DNA of 58,594 bases, counting the filler, from Catajapyx aquilonaris (lineage: Eukaryota), in assembly GCA_000934665.2 (NCBI GenBank). It is 2 parts of 2 records of this genome, joined end to end, with 100 filler letters (N's around TTAATTAATTAA, not from the genome) between each part and the next. Parts side by side here need not be neighbours in the genome. Positions count along the whole stretch, not along the records: positions 1 to 28,510 come from JYFJ02004909.1; 1 more part is not named here. The stretch is one strand, 5' to 3'. Within the stretch, counting starts at the first letter, position 1. Every line of letters begins with the position of its first letter. Under the pieces are notes generated by a model. That model did no database searches, was not told where the DNA came from, and worked only from the letters and a program-made list of their open reading frames with translations. Of this stretch, positions 12,109 to 24,569 are shown piece by piece. The position numbers and the translations under genes were made by a program.

Positions 12109-13526
12109 ATGGTCCGAAGGAATCATGTGGTCATCTCAGTGGAGGAGGTCAAACGGGATTCAGAGGAAGAAGACGCATTTTGGACCGCGTTTAGGCCACT
12201 GTCCATCTTGGCCACCTTTGGAGGGTTCGCTCCTTGTCTTTGTCCCAGGAAAGAGCAGAATTGGAGGTGGTACCAACGGTGGCCAACAATGGTACACTTC
12301 ATTATCTTGATTACGTACAGTACAATACTGTTCTGGAATCCGTCCGAGGAGTGGAGCGATCAAAGTAAATCGAGTCCTACAATTAAATGGGCTATGAAAA
12401 TTATGGATGCAGCACCTTTGGTCGGTCCCTGGATAAGCTACATTTTGATTCAACCAAATGTGTCCAAAATATGGAAGCTGCTTCACCGATTCTCACGGCT
12501 GAATATCATCAAACACAAGAAGACATTGCAAAAATGGTCGACGGTGTTACCGGCAATTAACCTCTTGTTACCCTCGCTAGACATCTTATCTTATCTGTTT
12601 GAACGCACCCAACAATGGGAACTAAGCAGTTTAGTGAAATTATTACTTCTCTCGCATTGTGACTTTGTGTTTGCCCTGGTCCCCGTCCAAGTGGCATATC
12701 TGGCCATTGTTGTCCGGCTGCTTCTGAAGGACATTGCTGACAAATTAATGCTGGTGTCCGACTCAATATGTTCGTCCGAAAATGAGCAAAAAATGCGAGC
12801 GATTGACATGCTGACCACTTTGAAGTCCTGCTCTGGGCAGTTTTACGAGCTGTGCATTTTAGTGGAAAATGTGGACTCTATTTACGGATTGTCCATTTTG
12901 GTCGCTTATGTTGTGTTTTTCACTTGTAGCACAAGCTTCGTTTTCCTTAAGATTTTGGTCCCTTCAGACACCACGACATTTCAGCTACTGTCAAATGTGA
13001 TCATGGGAACCAACCTATGCTGTGGTATATTTTTCACCATCATACTGGGGTCAATATCACATCAGGTAAGTATAAATCTCTCTCTCAGTTTAATGAGATA
13101 TTATTGTCATCGTTTGACTATTTCAGAGCACTCTGTCCTTGACTCATCTGATTCGTGCAAATGTCACTGTCACCAATCCGAGTATCAAGGCACACGTAAG
13201 TTGTCGATGAAACGCTACAAATCGACTGAATAATAAATTGTCATGTTTGTGGCATGAATTGAGTTGATCATATAGCCTTCTTCCTATTCAGCTGGAAGGA
13301 CTCATTCAGAAGATGTCTGGTCCTCCGATCAAAATATCTGCAGCACGTTACTTCACTGTCAACCGAGGTTTGCTGACAGCCGTAAGTCGAGGTGACACAA
13401 TATTGTTACTATACTGTAGTTATAATAGCAAGTATTAATTATGGACGTTTTCAGGTTGCCGGATCTGTCGCCACGTATCTGATAGTCCTCGTACAGTTCA
13501 ATGTCACAGAATCACAAGTCGGTTAA
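12109..13526 (+). CDS. Gustatory receptor GR-5, ~395 aa (close paralog of GR-4)
   Basis: Exons 12109-13065, 13127-13195, 13292-13381, 13455-13526; ends VAGSVATYLIVLVQFNVTESQVG*. Confidence 0.88.
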
Positions 13527-14827
13527 AATCACGAGGAAGTACACTTTGGTGAATCTTAAAATTTGCATCTTACTCCCGATACATTTTGACCAAGTTTGAC
13601 TATCATCGCCTAAAAGTTTGTGAGTGCAAATAAGTTTCTGGTGTTAAAAATACCACAGAGTGAAAAATGTTTCATAACAATATTATTTCAATCAAAATGG
13701 AACCGAGTGTTACCACAGTATTATAATACTCATGACACAAATTATGTCACAATTCATGCAACGTCCTTCGTGACACATACACTCTTATTACGCGTTGCTT
13801 TCTATTGTAATAGCATGTCATTCATCACCCGTACTCTTGTGCACTTTATGACTCCACCTAAATGTTGATCATGGGTGTTGCTCGAGTGCAGTACCTTTTA
13901 CAGTTTACGCATGTGCAAGGTGATCACAAAATTTGTGTGGTGAACAATTTGACGTTATTGCCAGGAAGTACAATATTTCATGTGTAGATGGCTGAATCTA
14001 TACATAATATATAATTTTATAGGCCTTAAGTATAAATATTATAAGGTCTCAAACCAGAGTAAAAGTCGAAAAACAACGATAAACTGACAGAAAACCACGA
14101 AACGTGGGCAAAAGACACAAAGTGCAAGCAAGTATCACTTGCTCTGGACTCTACCGCTTATAGCCAGTTTCCACTTGCACCAGACTTGCACAATATGTTG
14201 CCCACTATTTTTTCAATCAGAGGAAAATTTAGAAAACTATTTGGCATACGTGTCACAGAAACATGTTCAGTATTATTTCGGAACGATTTTGGTCCTTTCA
14301 GGAGCACAAGAAAATACCTCTCTAAAAACCAGACATGACTCAGAAGGAATAGATCCAAAAAGTCCCGAAATTACTGCAAAAAGTTCAAAAACTATCCTAA
14401 AAAGGCCAAATTGGCATGAAAAGTGGCAAAAAGGCAGAATAGATAGAATAGTTTCCAAAACCACGAAATAGGCCATTGTAGGCACTCTAAAACCTATACA
14501 TTATGCACATCCTGCACTTATGAAACGGATATAGATCTCTTCACAAAACGATCCCAACTGTTAAGGAACTGCAGCACTTAACCTGACTTCATTACACGCC
14601 TGCATATTCAATATATGATGGTAAATGGCTGCAGTAAGTAACAGTTGGAAATAGAGTGATGGAGAGGAAATTGAAAGGCATGCGCCGATAATTCGATGTT
14701 TTCCAGGAAAAAATGCATAGAAATCGATTCACTTAAGTTAATAGGAAAAAGTGCATTTTCTTTGTCGTTCAGAATGCAGAATATAACTACAAAGCTAAGG
14801 TCACACACGGAACGCGGTCGTTCGGTT

Positions 14828-16262
14828 ATGATGAGACGAATGTCAACAGTGATTCGAGTGGAAGAAGCCAGACACTCTGAAAAAGATGGCCCCGCGAAAG
14901 AGGAAGACGCGTTTTGGACCGCGTTCAGACCACTGGCCATCTTGGCCACCATCGGTGGAATCGCTCCTTATCCTTGGCCAAAGAAATATCCTGGTTGGAA
15001 GAGGTATCAGAGGTGGCCTACACTGGTGCACTTCATTATCGTGATTACGTACAGTGCAATACTGTTCTGGAATCCGCCCGAGGAGTGGAGCGATGGAAGT
15101 AAATTGAGTCCTACAAGTAAATGGACTATGACAATGATGGATGCAGCATCTTTGGTCGGTCCCTGGATGAGCTACATTATTATCCAACCAAATTTGTCCA
15201 AAATATGGAAGCTAATTCACCGATTCTCACGGCTGAATATCATAAAACACAAGAAGACATTGCAAAAATGGTCGATGGTTTTACTGGCAATTAACCTCTT
15301 GTTACCCTCCCTAGACATCTTATATTATCAGTTTGAAAGCTTCCAACAATGGGAACTAAGCAATTTAATTAAATTATTACTCCAATCGCATTTTGACTTT
15401 ATCCTTGGCTTGGCTATCCTCCAAGTGACATATCTGGCTATTGTTGTCCGGCTTCTGCAGAGAGAGATTGCTGACAAATTAATTCTGGTGTCCGACTCAA
15501 TATGTGCGTCCGAAAATGAGCAAAAAATGCGAGCGATTGACATGCTGACCACTTTGAAGTCCTGCTCTGGGCAGTTTTACGAGCTGTGCATTTTAGTGGA
15601 AAATATGGACTCTCTTTACGGATTGTCCATTTTGGTCACTTACGTCGTTTTTTTCACTTGGAGCACAAGCTTCGTTTTCCTTAAGATTTTGCTCCCTTCA
15701 GACACCACGACATTGCAGCTGATGTCGAATGTGGTCTTCGGAGCCTTCATTTGTTTGGCTATATTTTTCACCATCATACTAGGATCAATATCACGGCAGG
15801 TAAGCAACCTCCTCTCGGAATCCAATGAAGTATTATTTTCATCGTTTGACTATTTCAGAGCACTTTGTCCTTGACTCATCTTATTCGTGCAAATGTCATT
15901 GTCACCAATCCGGATATCAAGGCTCACGTAAGTTGTCGATTATAAGCTACAAATCGAATAATTATTGTCATGTCCATCAAGAGCACTTGCTTACTTACTT
16001 GTGGCATGAAGTGAGTTAATGACATGCTTCTTCCTATTCAGCTAGAAGGATTCATTCAGAAGATGTCTGGTCCTCCGATCAGAATATCTGCAGCAGGTTA
16101 CTTCACTGTCAACCGAGGTTTGCTGACAGCCGTAAGTCGTGGTGACAATATTTTTACAAAACTGTAGTGATAATGCCAAATATTAATTACGGACGTTTTC
16201 AGGTTGCCGGCTCTGTAACCACGTATCTGGTAGTCCTCGCACAGTTCAAGGTCACAGAATGA
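14828..16262 (+). CDS. Gustatory receptor GR-6, ~396 aa
   Basis: Exons 14828-15799 (in-frame upstream ATGs at 14774 and 14696), 15859-15927, 16042-16131, 16203-16262; ends VAGSVTTYLVVLAQFKVTE*. Confidence 0.88.
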
Positions 16263-16591
16263 CATGTCGATGAAAATCACCAGGAAGTACACTCTGGTGA
16301 ATCTTAAAGGGACACTCAACTCAAAATACAAGTTGGTCTCTAAAATCATCTTCGAATGTCTGGTGTGGAGTGGAGGTGAAGAGGTCGCCTAAACCCTTTG
16401 TTGGTACTGTAGGGCATGCACAGCGTTTTATAGACTAGTCACGTGGTCGTCTGGAACACAAAGTTTAATAAAATTTCATGAAATCTTAATCATCCAAAGA
16501 GAAAAATGAAAAATTAGTTCTGCACAAACATCAAAAATTTAGCACCGAGAAATTAAATTACTTAGTTTTTTATTAACATTCACATTTTCAA

Positions 16592-16651
16592 GTTGCTGGC
16601 TTTGTGGCCACATATATGATAGTTCTCGCACACTTCAAGGTCACGGAATAA
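16592..16651 (+). pseudogene. Second orphan GR terminal exon
   Basis: Encodes VAGFVATYMIVLAHFKVTE*; same mutated acceptor and flanks as 11189-11248. Confidence 0.8.
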
Positions 16652-17234
16652 CAATGATATCAATCTGAATCCAAATGAGCTCGAGAATTGCCATTATAAT
16701 AATTATGAGAGTCAATATATCTCATAATGTAAACCCCCTCATGACATGTGCTCTCTCCTTTTACGCTGTATTGTATTGTAATCGCATGCAATTATTCACC
16801 CTTATTGTGTGGCACTTCATCACTTTAAGTTATTGTTGATCGAGGGTGGAACCGGATTTGACCCCAAAGATTTCTGCTATAATATGTAAGTGGAAGTACT
16901 GTCTGTCTTTCATGTCATTTTATGTCATTGTAAATAATTGGTTTGACAATTGTTATCGCCTCAACATGGGTAGGTAAATGCCCATCTATAACACAATGCG
17001 GCTTTACATTGAAGGAAACCTTATACATTCCTAGAGTCTTTGTTTCTTTGACTTTTGTGTATGTCTATAGTGAGCCTCGCTCCTGTAAACAAAAGCGAGT
17101 CACATAACTCAACACTTTATTGTTGTTTTGCTATTAATAAGGGCGTAGTCACCTTCGAAAGAACAATCAATGATCGCCTGGGTACGTCGGACAGGCTTGC
17201 AAAGAGTATAGTGCAAGAAAAGAGCGTGGACAAA

Positions 17235-18672
17235 ATGGTGCGCAGGAATCATGTGGTCATCTCAGTGGAGGAGGTCAAACGAGATGTCCACTCTTCAGAG
17301 GTAGAAGACGCCTTTTGGACCGCGTTCAGACCACTGTCCATCTTGGCCATCTTTGGAGGAATAGCTCCTTGTCCTTGGCCCAGGAAAGAGGAGAGTTGCA
17401 AGTGGTACCAACGGTGGCCAACACTGGTGCACTTCATTATCTTGATTACGTACAGTACAATACTGTTCTGGAATCCGTCCGAGGAGTGGAACGATGGAAC
17501 TAAATCGAGTCCTACAATTAAATGGGCTAGGACAATTATGGATACAACATCTTTGGTCGGTCCCTGGATGAGCTACATCTTGATTCAACCAAATGTGTCC
17601 AAAATATGGAAGCTGCTTCACCGATTCTCACGGCTGAATATCATCAAACACAAGAAGACATTGCAAAAACGGTCGATGGTTTTACTGGCAATTAACCTCT
17701 TGTTACCCTCGCTAGACATCTTATCTTATCTGTTTGAAAGCTTCCAACAATGGGAACTAAGCAATTTAATTGAATTATTACTTCAATCGCATTGTGACTT
17801 TGTCCTTGGCTTGGCTATCCTCCAAGTGGCATATCTGGCCATTGTTGTCCGGCTTCTGCTGAAAGACATTGCTGACAAATTAATGTTTGTGTCGGACTCA
17901 ATTTTATGTTCGTACAAAGAGGAACAAAAAATGCGAACGATTGACATGCTGACCACTTTGAAGTCCTGCTCTGGGCAGTTTTACGAGCTGTGCATTTTAG
18001 TGGAAAATATGGACTCTCTTTACGGATTGTCCATTTTGGTCACTTACCTCGTTTTTTTCACCTGGAGCACAGTCTTCATTTTCCTTAAAATTTTGGTCCC
18101 TTCAGACCCCACGATATTTCAGTGGATTTCGAATGTGATCTTCGGAGCCATCATATGTTTGGCTATATTTTTCACCATTACACTAGGGTCAATATCACAT
18201 CAGGTAAGTAAATCTCTCTTTGAGTTAAATGAAATATTATTGTTATCGTTTGAATATTTCAGAGCACTCTGTCCTTGACTCATCTGATTCGTGCAAATGT
18301 CACTGTCACCAATCCGAGTATCAAAGCTCACGTAAGTAATATTGTTGATGATAAGCTACAAATCGATGCATCAAGAGCACTTGCGTACTTATACTTGTGG
18401 CATGAAGATAGTTAATGATATTCTTCTTCCGATGCAGCTAGAAGGATTCATTCAGAAGATGTCTGGTCCTCCGATCAAAATATCTGCAGCAGGTTACTTC
18501 ACTGTCAACCGAGGTGTGCTGACAGCCGTAAGTCGTGGTGACAGAATTTTGTTGCAATGCTGTAGTTATAATACCAAATATTAATTAAGGACGTTTTCAG
18601 GTTGCCGGCTCTGTCACCACGTATCTGATAGTCCTCGCACAGTTCAATGTCACTGAATCACAAGTCGGTTAA
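17235..18672 (+). CDS. Gustatory receptor GR-7, ~399 aa
   Basis: Exons 17235-18203, 18263-18331, 18438-18527, 18601-18672; ends VAGSVTTYLIVLAQFNVTESQVG*. Confidence 0.9.
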
Positions 18673-19749
18673 AATCATGAGTAAGTACACTTTGGTGAAT
18701 CTTAAATGTGCATCTTACACAATGACTCGCGATACATTTTGACCAAGTGTGACTATATAATAATTATGACCACTTAAAATTTTGTGAGTGCAAATTTTCT
18801 GATGTTAAAAGTTTTGTGATCTCCCCTCTGTAACCTATTCGTAAGTAATGTTATCAATATCTGGAAGCAGAAATCCCATTTGGAAGCACTGTCCATTGCC
18901 TGGAGAAGGTCAATGCTGCCGTGAAGAAGACTGATAATGTTTTGGCCATCTTCAGTCCATTTTGAAGGGGGATGAAGTGCATGTCTCAAAAGTTAAACAA
19001 AATATTGCGATTAATAAAGTGACACCATCATATAAAGTGAAGGATACACATGAATATTGTGATTTCATTTTCATTTTTAAGGCATACTTTGTGTACATAT
19101 GGAAGAGGAGGGGACTCTGGTAATATTCCATATATGATAGCCATAGGCCGTCTCAGTGGAAAGATATTCCACCTACGTGGGGGCATTTTTCCACCTGCAT
19201 AATTACGTATATAGGTGGAAATTGATTAGGTGGAACCTAGTTTCCACCTAATCATATATAATAATAATACAGTATGTAGGTGGAAAGTGCTTGAGAGTGT
19301 AGTGAGTGACAAGCAAATGGAAGGGTCCTCATATTTTGTCCTGTATAACAGTATTTATCTTAAAATATTTATACTATGTTGGTGCCCACAGAAAATAAGC
19401 GGGCAATTTCTTGCCTCTTCGTCGGAGATAAAAGCACCATTAAGATGTCAATGTCAGCAGCTTTAACATAAAAAAGAGTCATTAAAGGCAACCCCTCATC
19501 GTGAACAGAGCATCTGAAATTCTGAAGCCACAAAAATTGGTCATATTCCACGTATTTATTGCACTGTTTCAGGTAAACAATAGCATAAAACCCTAATTGA
19601 CAAGTACCATGTATGGCCGCGCATTTAAAATATATCAGCATGTTCGATTTATAATTATCAAGTCAAACGAAGGATATTGGCCGCAAAATGTTTCGGGCAA
19701 TAATTTATATAAAAACTCTGGGGATCAATAGGAGGGGATCAGTCTAGCC

Positions 19750-22153
19750 ATGGAGAGAGAAGTGGTTGCAGTGTGTCTGTGCGTCTTGGCCTGGGTCACA
19801 TCTGGTCAAGTCCAGGTCAGGTCCTCTCCATCTGTTGGGTCGGAGGAAGAGGAACTGGTGTCATCCTTGGTGAGTGACGTCCATCGGGAGAGAGGGGACG
19901 GGTGTCTCCTGGTGTTGTGCGGCGACTGGTTGGTGTTCCCCTCTTCGTTTAACCGGCTGATCAACAATGGATCGGAGGAAGTGGCGGTGGTGAGGTGGGA
20001 CGGGACACCAGTGGACGCCAGTGGACAGTACTGGTTCTCCTGGCTGCACAGACCGGAGGCCAGGAGACTGGACCCCTGCGCCACCTTCCTCTTCGCCTTC
20101 GGGACACTGGACACCTTGTCTCCTCTGGTGGTCCACGCGGCCACTCTTCACCTCATGGACACCGGAAGGGACAGGTTCCTCTTCTGGCCCAGGGACGGAG
20201 GTCTGGACACAGTCTTGATGCATCCCATCGCCCAACTCATGCTCTTTCAGGTCGGGGTCCAGTTCGACCAGGACTCCAGCTCGCTCAAGGTGATGGCGAA
20301 CTGTCACTATTGCAATAACGGTAGCGCCGTTCCACCCTGATCGAGGAAAACCCCAACACCATCCCCCGAGGTGACCCCTCCAGACTCTTCATCTCCTTCT
20401 GGTGGATCTATTCCCTGGTCATCATCATCGGATACGAAGCCTTGTACTTTGGCTTCTTAGCAACCCCATTGCAGGAGGATTTGCCCGATTCCTATCAGGA
20501 GCTCAACAATAGGCGTCAACAGTGGGAATGGGGAACATTCGAACTGGCCAAGCCCTATTTCGCCAGTGTTTTCTGCAACAATGATTTGGAATATTTTAAA
20601 CCCATTGCTAGTGGTCTGGCAGATGTTCCCGATTTCACCACATGTGTTCGCAAATCAATAAATGAATACTTTGCCTGCATAGCTCCATCGGACATATTGC
20701 TTGCAGTCGGGGCCCAATACACAGACACTTCCGGAACTATTCCGATTGTGATTGCGAAAAACGCTGGGATGTTAGTGTTTGCTGGATACATTTTGGACAA
20801 ACACAGCAAACTAGGTCCAGTTTTTGACAGAATGGCACTTTATTTCATCGAATCAGGTCTGTTGGCCAAAATGGACCAGTACTTGGAGTACACCTGTCTC
20901 TTCATGGGTATTAACCCTTTGATGACGGAGTTTTTTTTCTCCCTTTTCCGGAAATTTTATGACCTCGCTGATTTTCTTGAAATTCGGTGCATTGGTAGCC
21001 CACCCCAAGGGATGAAAAACGCACCTATAGTTACCTGATCAAAATGACCTCGTGACCCAATTTTGAGGGGGGCAGAGGTCAAATTTCGACCTCACCGGAT
21101 TTTCTTCAAATTCGATGCATTGGTAGCCCACACCAAGGGATGAAAAACGCACATATAGTTACCTAATAAAAATGACCTCGTGACCCAATTTTGAGGGGGG
21201 CAGAGGTCGAATCATAAAATATCGACCTCACTGATTTTCTTGAGATTCGGTGCATTGGTAGCCCACCCCAAGGGATGAAAAATGCACCTATAGTTACCTG
21301 ATCAAAATGACCTCGTGACCCAATTCTGATGAGGGCAGAGGTCAAATTCCAACCTCACCGATTTTCTTGAAATTCGGGGGTTATACCAAGGTTATACACA
21401 CTTACATTTTTTGCGTACACGTACTACCCGCCTTAGTGAATCACAAGGGAGACTTTGCAAGTGCCAGTCACAAATTTTCTTGAAATTCGGAGCATTGACA
21501 CAGGTCCCCTCCAATATGGGTCACAGGGTCATGTCGAGCAGGGAACTATAGGTGGGTTTGTCATCCCTTGGTGTGGGCTACTAATGCACCGAATTTGAAG
21601 ATAATCGGCGAGGTCGGAATTTTATGATTTGGCCTCTGCCCCACTCAAAATTGGGTCACATGGTCACTTTCATCAGGTCACTATAGGTGCGTTTTTCATC
21701 CCTTGGTGTGGGCTACCAATGCACCGAATTTCAAGAAAATCGGTGAGGTCGAAATTTTATGATTTGACCTCTGCCCCCTCAAAATTGGGTCACGAGGTCA
21801 TTTTGAGCAGGTAACTATAGGTGCGTTTTTCATCCCTTGGGGTGGGCTACCAATGCACCGAATTTCAAGAAAATCGGTGAGGTTGAAATTTTTTGCGTTG
21901 AAAAATGACCCAAGTTGGCAGGGCAAATCTCCGGAAATCATATGATGGCCGTAGGCAGCAAAGGGTTAAGGAAGCACGTATGCTGGACAGATCGTACCAG
22001 CACTCAATGGCTCTAAAGTTTGACCAGCTGAGGGTTGTCATGTATTTTCTTGCCACATGTTGCTGGTGTTGCGGTATGCTTATGTTCATAGCAGAAGTTC
22101 TACGTGGAAAAAATGTAAAAAGTATTTGCCTGAACAATTACATAAATCCGTAA
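19750..22153 (+). pseudogene. Divergent intronless ionotropic receptor (IR / variant iGluR) pseudogene
   Basis: Signal peptide plus N-terminal domain (19750-~20325), then a frame change straight into a pore/TM segment STLIEENPNTIPRGDPSRLFISFWWIYSLVIIIGYEALYFGFLATP..PDSYQEL. S2 lobe with LGPVFDRMALYFIESGLLAK; last TM ALKFDQLRVVMYFL..FIAEVL* lies after the 20915-21965 insertion. S1 and the first TM are missing. Confidence 0.8.
20915..21965. mobile_element. Non-autonomous piggyBac-type element (1051 bp) with inverted internal tandem repeats
   Basis: TTAA at 20911-20914 and 21966-21969; termini CCCTTTGATG / CAGCAAAGGG. About three copies of a ~130-bp unit forward (20961-21378) and about three reversed (21505-21890). 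Removal restores the IR frame (..MGIKEARM..). Confidence 0.88.
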
Positions 22154-23121
22154 AACATGTTATATGTATCGATACCATTCACATAATACGAGGATGAACA
22201 TAAATCTAGTCCTTTAATTTTAATTATTATCATTAAAGGACTAGATTATTTTCATCCTCGCTGTATTTTTATTACTCAATCACCCTTGAAATTTATGAAT
22301 ATATTATTTGAATATTTTTATAAATGAGGGCAAGCTCCTTTCCATTATTACCTGCCATCAAATCGAAATGGTCAGATTTTCTGTTTATTAACTTCATTTT
22401 TGTGGCATCTTTGGAATTAAAATGGGTCTAATCCAGTTGTGCTTTCATTTTTGCTTTGCAGAAGCGGTAGTTGTCTCAATGATTCCATACATTTTCTCAT
22501 CCTTAAATATTACTATATTATGATTGCGATATAAATTATTATTGTTGGTGTTACAAAATATTTCATGTCGGATATATAGAGTTTGGCTTATCACATTTTA
22601 CAGAAAATCATTGCATCAGTCAAGAGCTTGACGAAGACATAACTATCCAACGTCAAATCGGAATTAAGAGAAGACATCTTCTGAAGAGGTGATGCCATCT
22701 AATGTAATAAATAAGGCAACTGCGGAACAGGCGATGACTCCGATGGTGACAATGTCACAGTGACGTAAGGGTTGAGTATCCCAATAAAAACATAAAGGAG
22801 CAAAGATGTGATCCATATGATGAATATTAAGTACAGTACAATGAACACCTATTGTCCATAATTATATTCGACCATGGGGGGGTCAGATTATTGTGAGAGT
22901 TCAAAGGTCACGAGAACATAATGAAATGTGTATTGAAAATCAATGAAAAAGGTGGAGGACGACTATCGCAATAACGACGTTCTTATTTCTGTCGATTCAC
23001 ATTCTTTTCTTCGTCCCTTTGCAATGGTTAATGTGAATAAATTATTTGGTGGTGGGGAGGAAGGTTGGCCATCCTTCGCTTTCACCTCCTGAAGGGATAA
23101 CCTGATTTTTATATCGCATCA

Positions 23122-24569
23122 CTATTGATTGGAGTGTTCGGCATCTTTGAACTGTGCCAGAACTATCAGATATGTTGTGACAGATCCAGCCACCTGGAAG
23201 TGACACACTTTTCATTAATATTATTTGTAACAAAAAATGTCCCATCTCTTAATTATTGTGATGCGTCACTAGTTATTTACCGCTGTAAGTAGGCCTCGGT
23301 TGACTGTGAAATAATTGGCAGCTGTTATCTCCAATGGTGTACTGCTCATCATTTGGATGAGGGAATCCAGCTGGAAGTTGTTTTGAGAATAATAATGTTG
23401 AAGAGGATTTGTGATAATTCAAGGATACTTACATTTGCCTTCATTTTCTGGTCGGAAACAATGCGATTGGCGAAGGTGAGGTCTGGCAATGGTCTTGAAC
23501 TCTGAAATTGGAAATTGCGATTAGTTCCTTCAAATTCTGTTGACTTTAGGTAGCGTATCATTCCCCATATATCTTTGTTGTGTCTTATTAAACTACTTAC
23601 TATCCGTGGAATCGATCCCAAAATGACGGTGAATGCAACTGCTGATGATATGACGATAAAGATGTTGCTAAGACATGCCACAATGACAGAAATATCGTGT
23701 TTCACCAGAATTAAGTAAAATAGCAGAGTGGTGATATATAAAATAAAATTGAGGTACAGAATTGCAATGCACACGCCGAAGGTTCTGCTTATGGATCCCA
23801 CCAAGGGGCAAATTTCTTGAAATAGATCAATGGCAGAGATCAACTTTCTAAGCATTTTGTCTTCATTCCTCCTTCCATTAGTAGACATGCGCAACCAAGC
23901 ACATAATAGTATAATTTCCTCGTTAAATTCGGTCAGTAGTAGTCGGATAAGGTTTGCCAAGAATACTATCAAAACAGCAAACAAGAGGAACAAAAATGCG
24001 CAGTGCCATTTCAAAAACCAAGCAAGGATATTTTCTGGTACTATCTGTGTACCACTTCTGGCATCCGAGACAATTGACACAACGATAGACGTCGTAGGCA
24101 TGACGACTGCAACGAGAACTAACGACCTGGACCATCGACGCAGTGTCTTTTCCTGTTGTTGTACTTTCAGTCGTGAGAACTGGTGGATCAGATTCCATGT
24201 TTGAGGCACAGATGGTTGAAACAGCAAGTAATTTAACCACGGAACTCCGTACATGATTGCGTGTACAGAAAGGAATGTGAACCCCTCTATTCCACCTTTT
24301 TCGTAGAGGTTGCTCCACTCATCTAGTGGGAAACAGATGAACACTGCTATATACGTGGCCAATAAAATGAAGTGCACCAGTGTGGGCCACCGTTGGTACC
24401 ACTGCCACTTTGGATTGTTCTTGGGCCAAGGACAGGGAGAGATTCCTCCAAAGGTGGCCAGGATACCCAATGGTCTGAACGTGGTCCAAAACGCGTTTTC
24501 CTTTCCCTTCGTATAATCCTCTGACTGGGTCTCTTTCACCTGAATCACACTAGACATCCGAAAGGGCAT
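23122..24569 (-). CDS. Gustatory receptor GR-8, ~399 aa (sister of GR-1, inverted orientation)
   Basis: Exons 24569-23601, 23501-23433, 23370-23281, 23193-23122; phase-0 GT..AG introns; ends VAGSVTTYLIVLAQFKDAEHSNQ*. Confidence 0.9.

Noticed and set aside
825..24516. Recurring antisense and alternative-frame ORFs over the GRs (e.g. ..GQGQGAIPPKVAKMDSGLNAVQ..)
   Set aside because: Shadows of the conserved GR coding strand; they recur only because the GR DNA is duplicated
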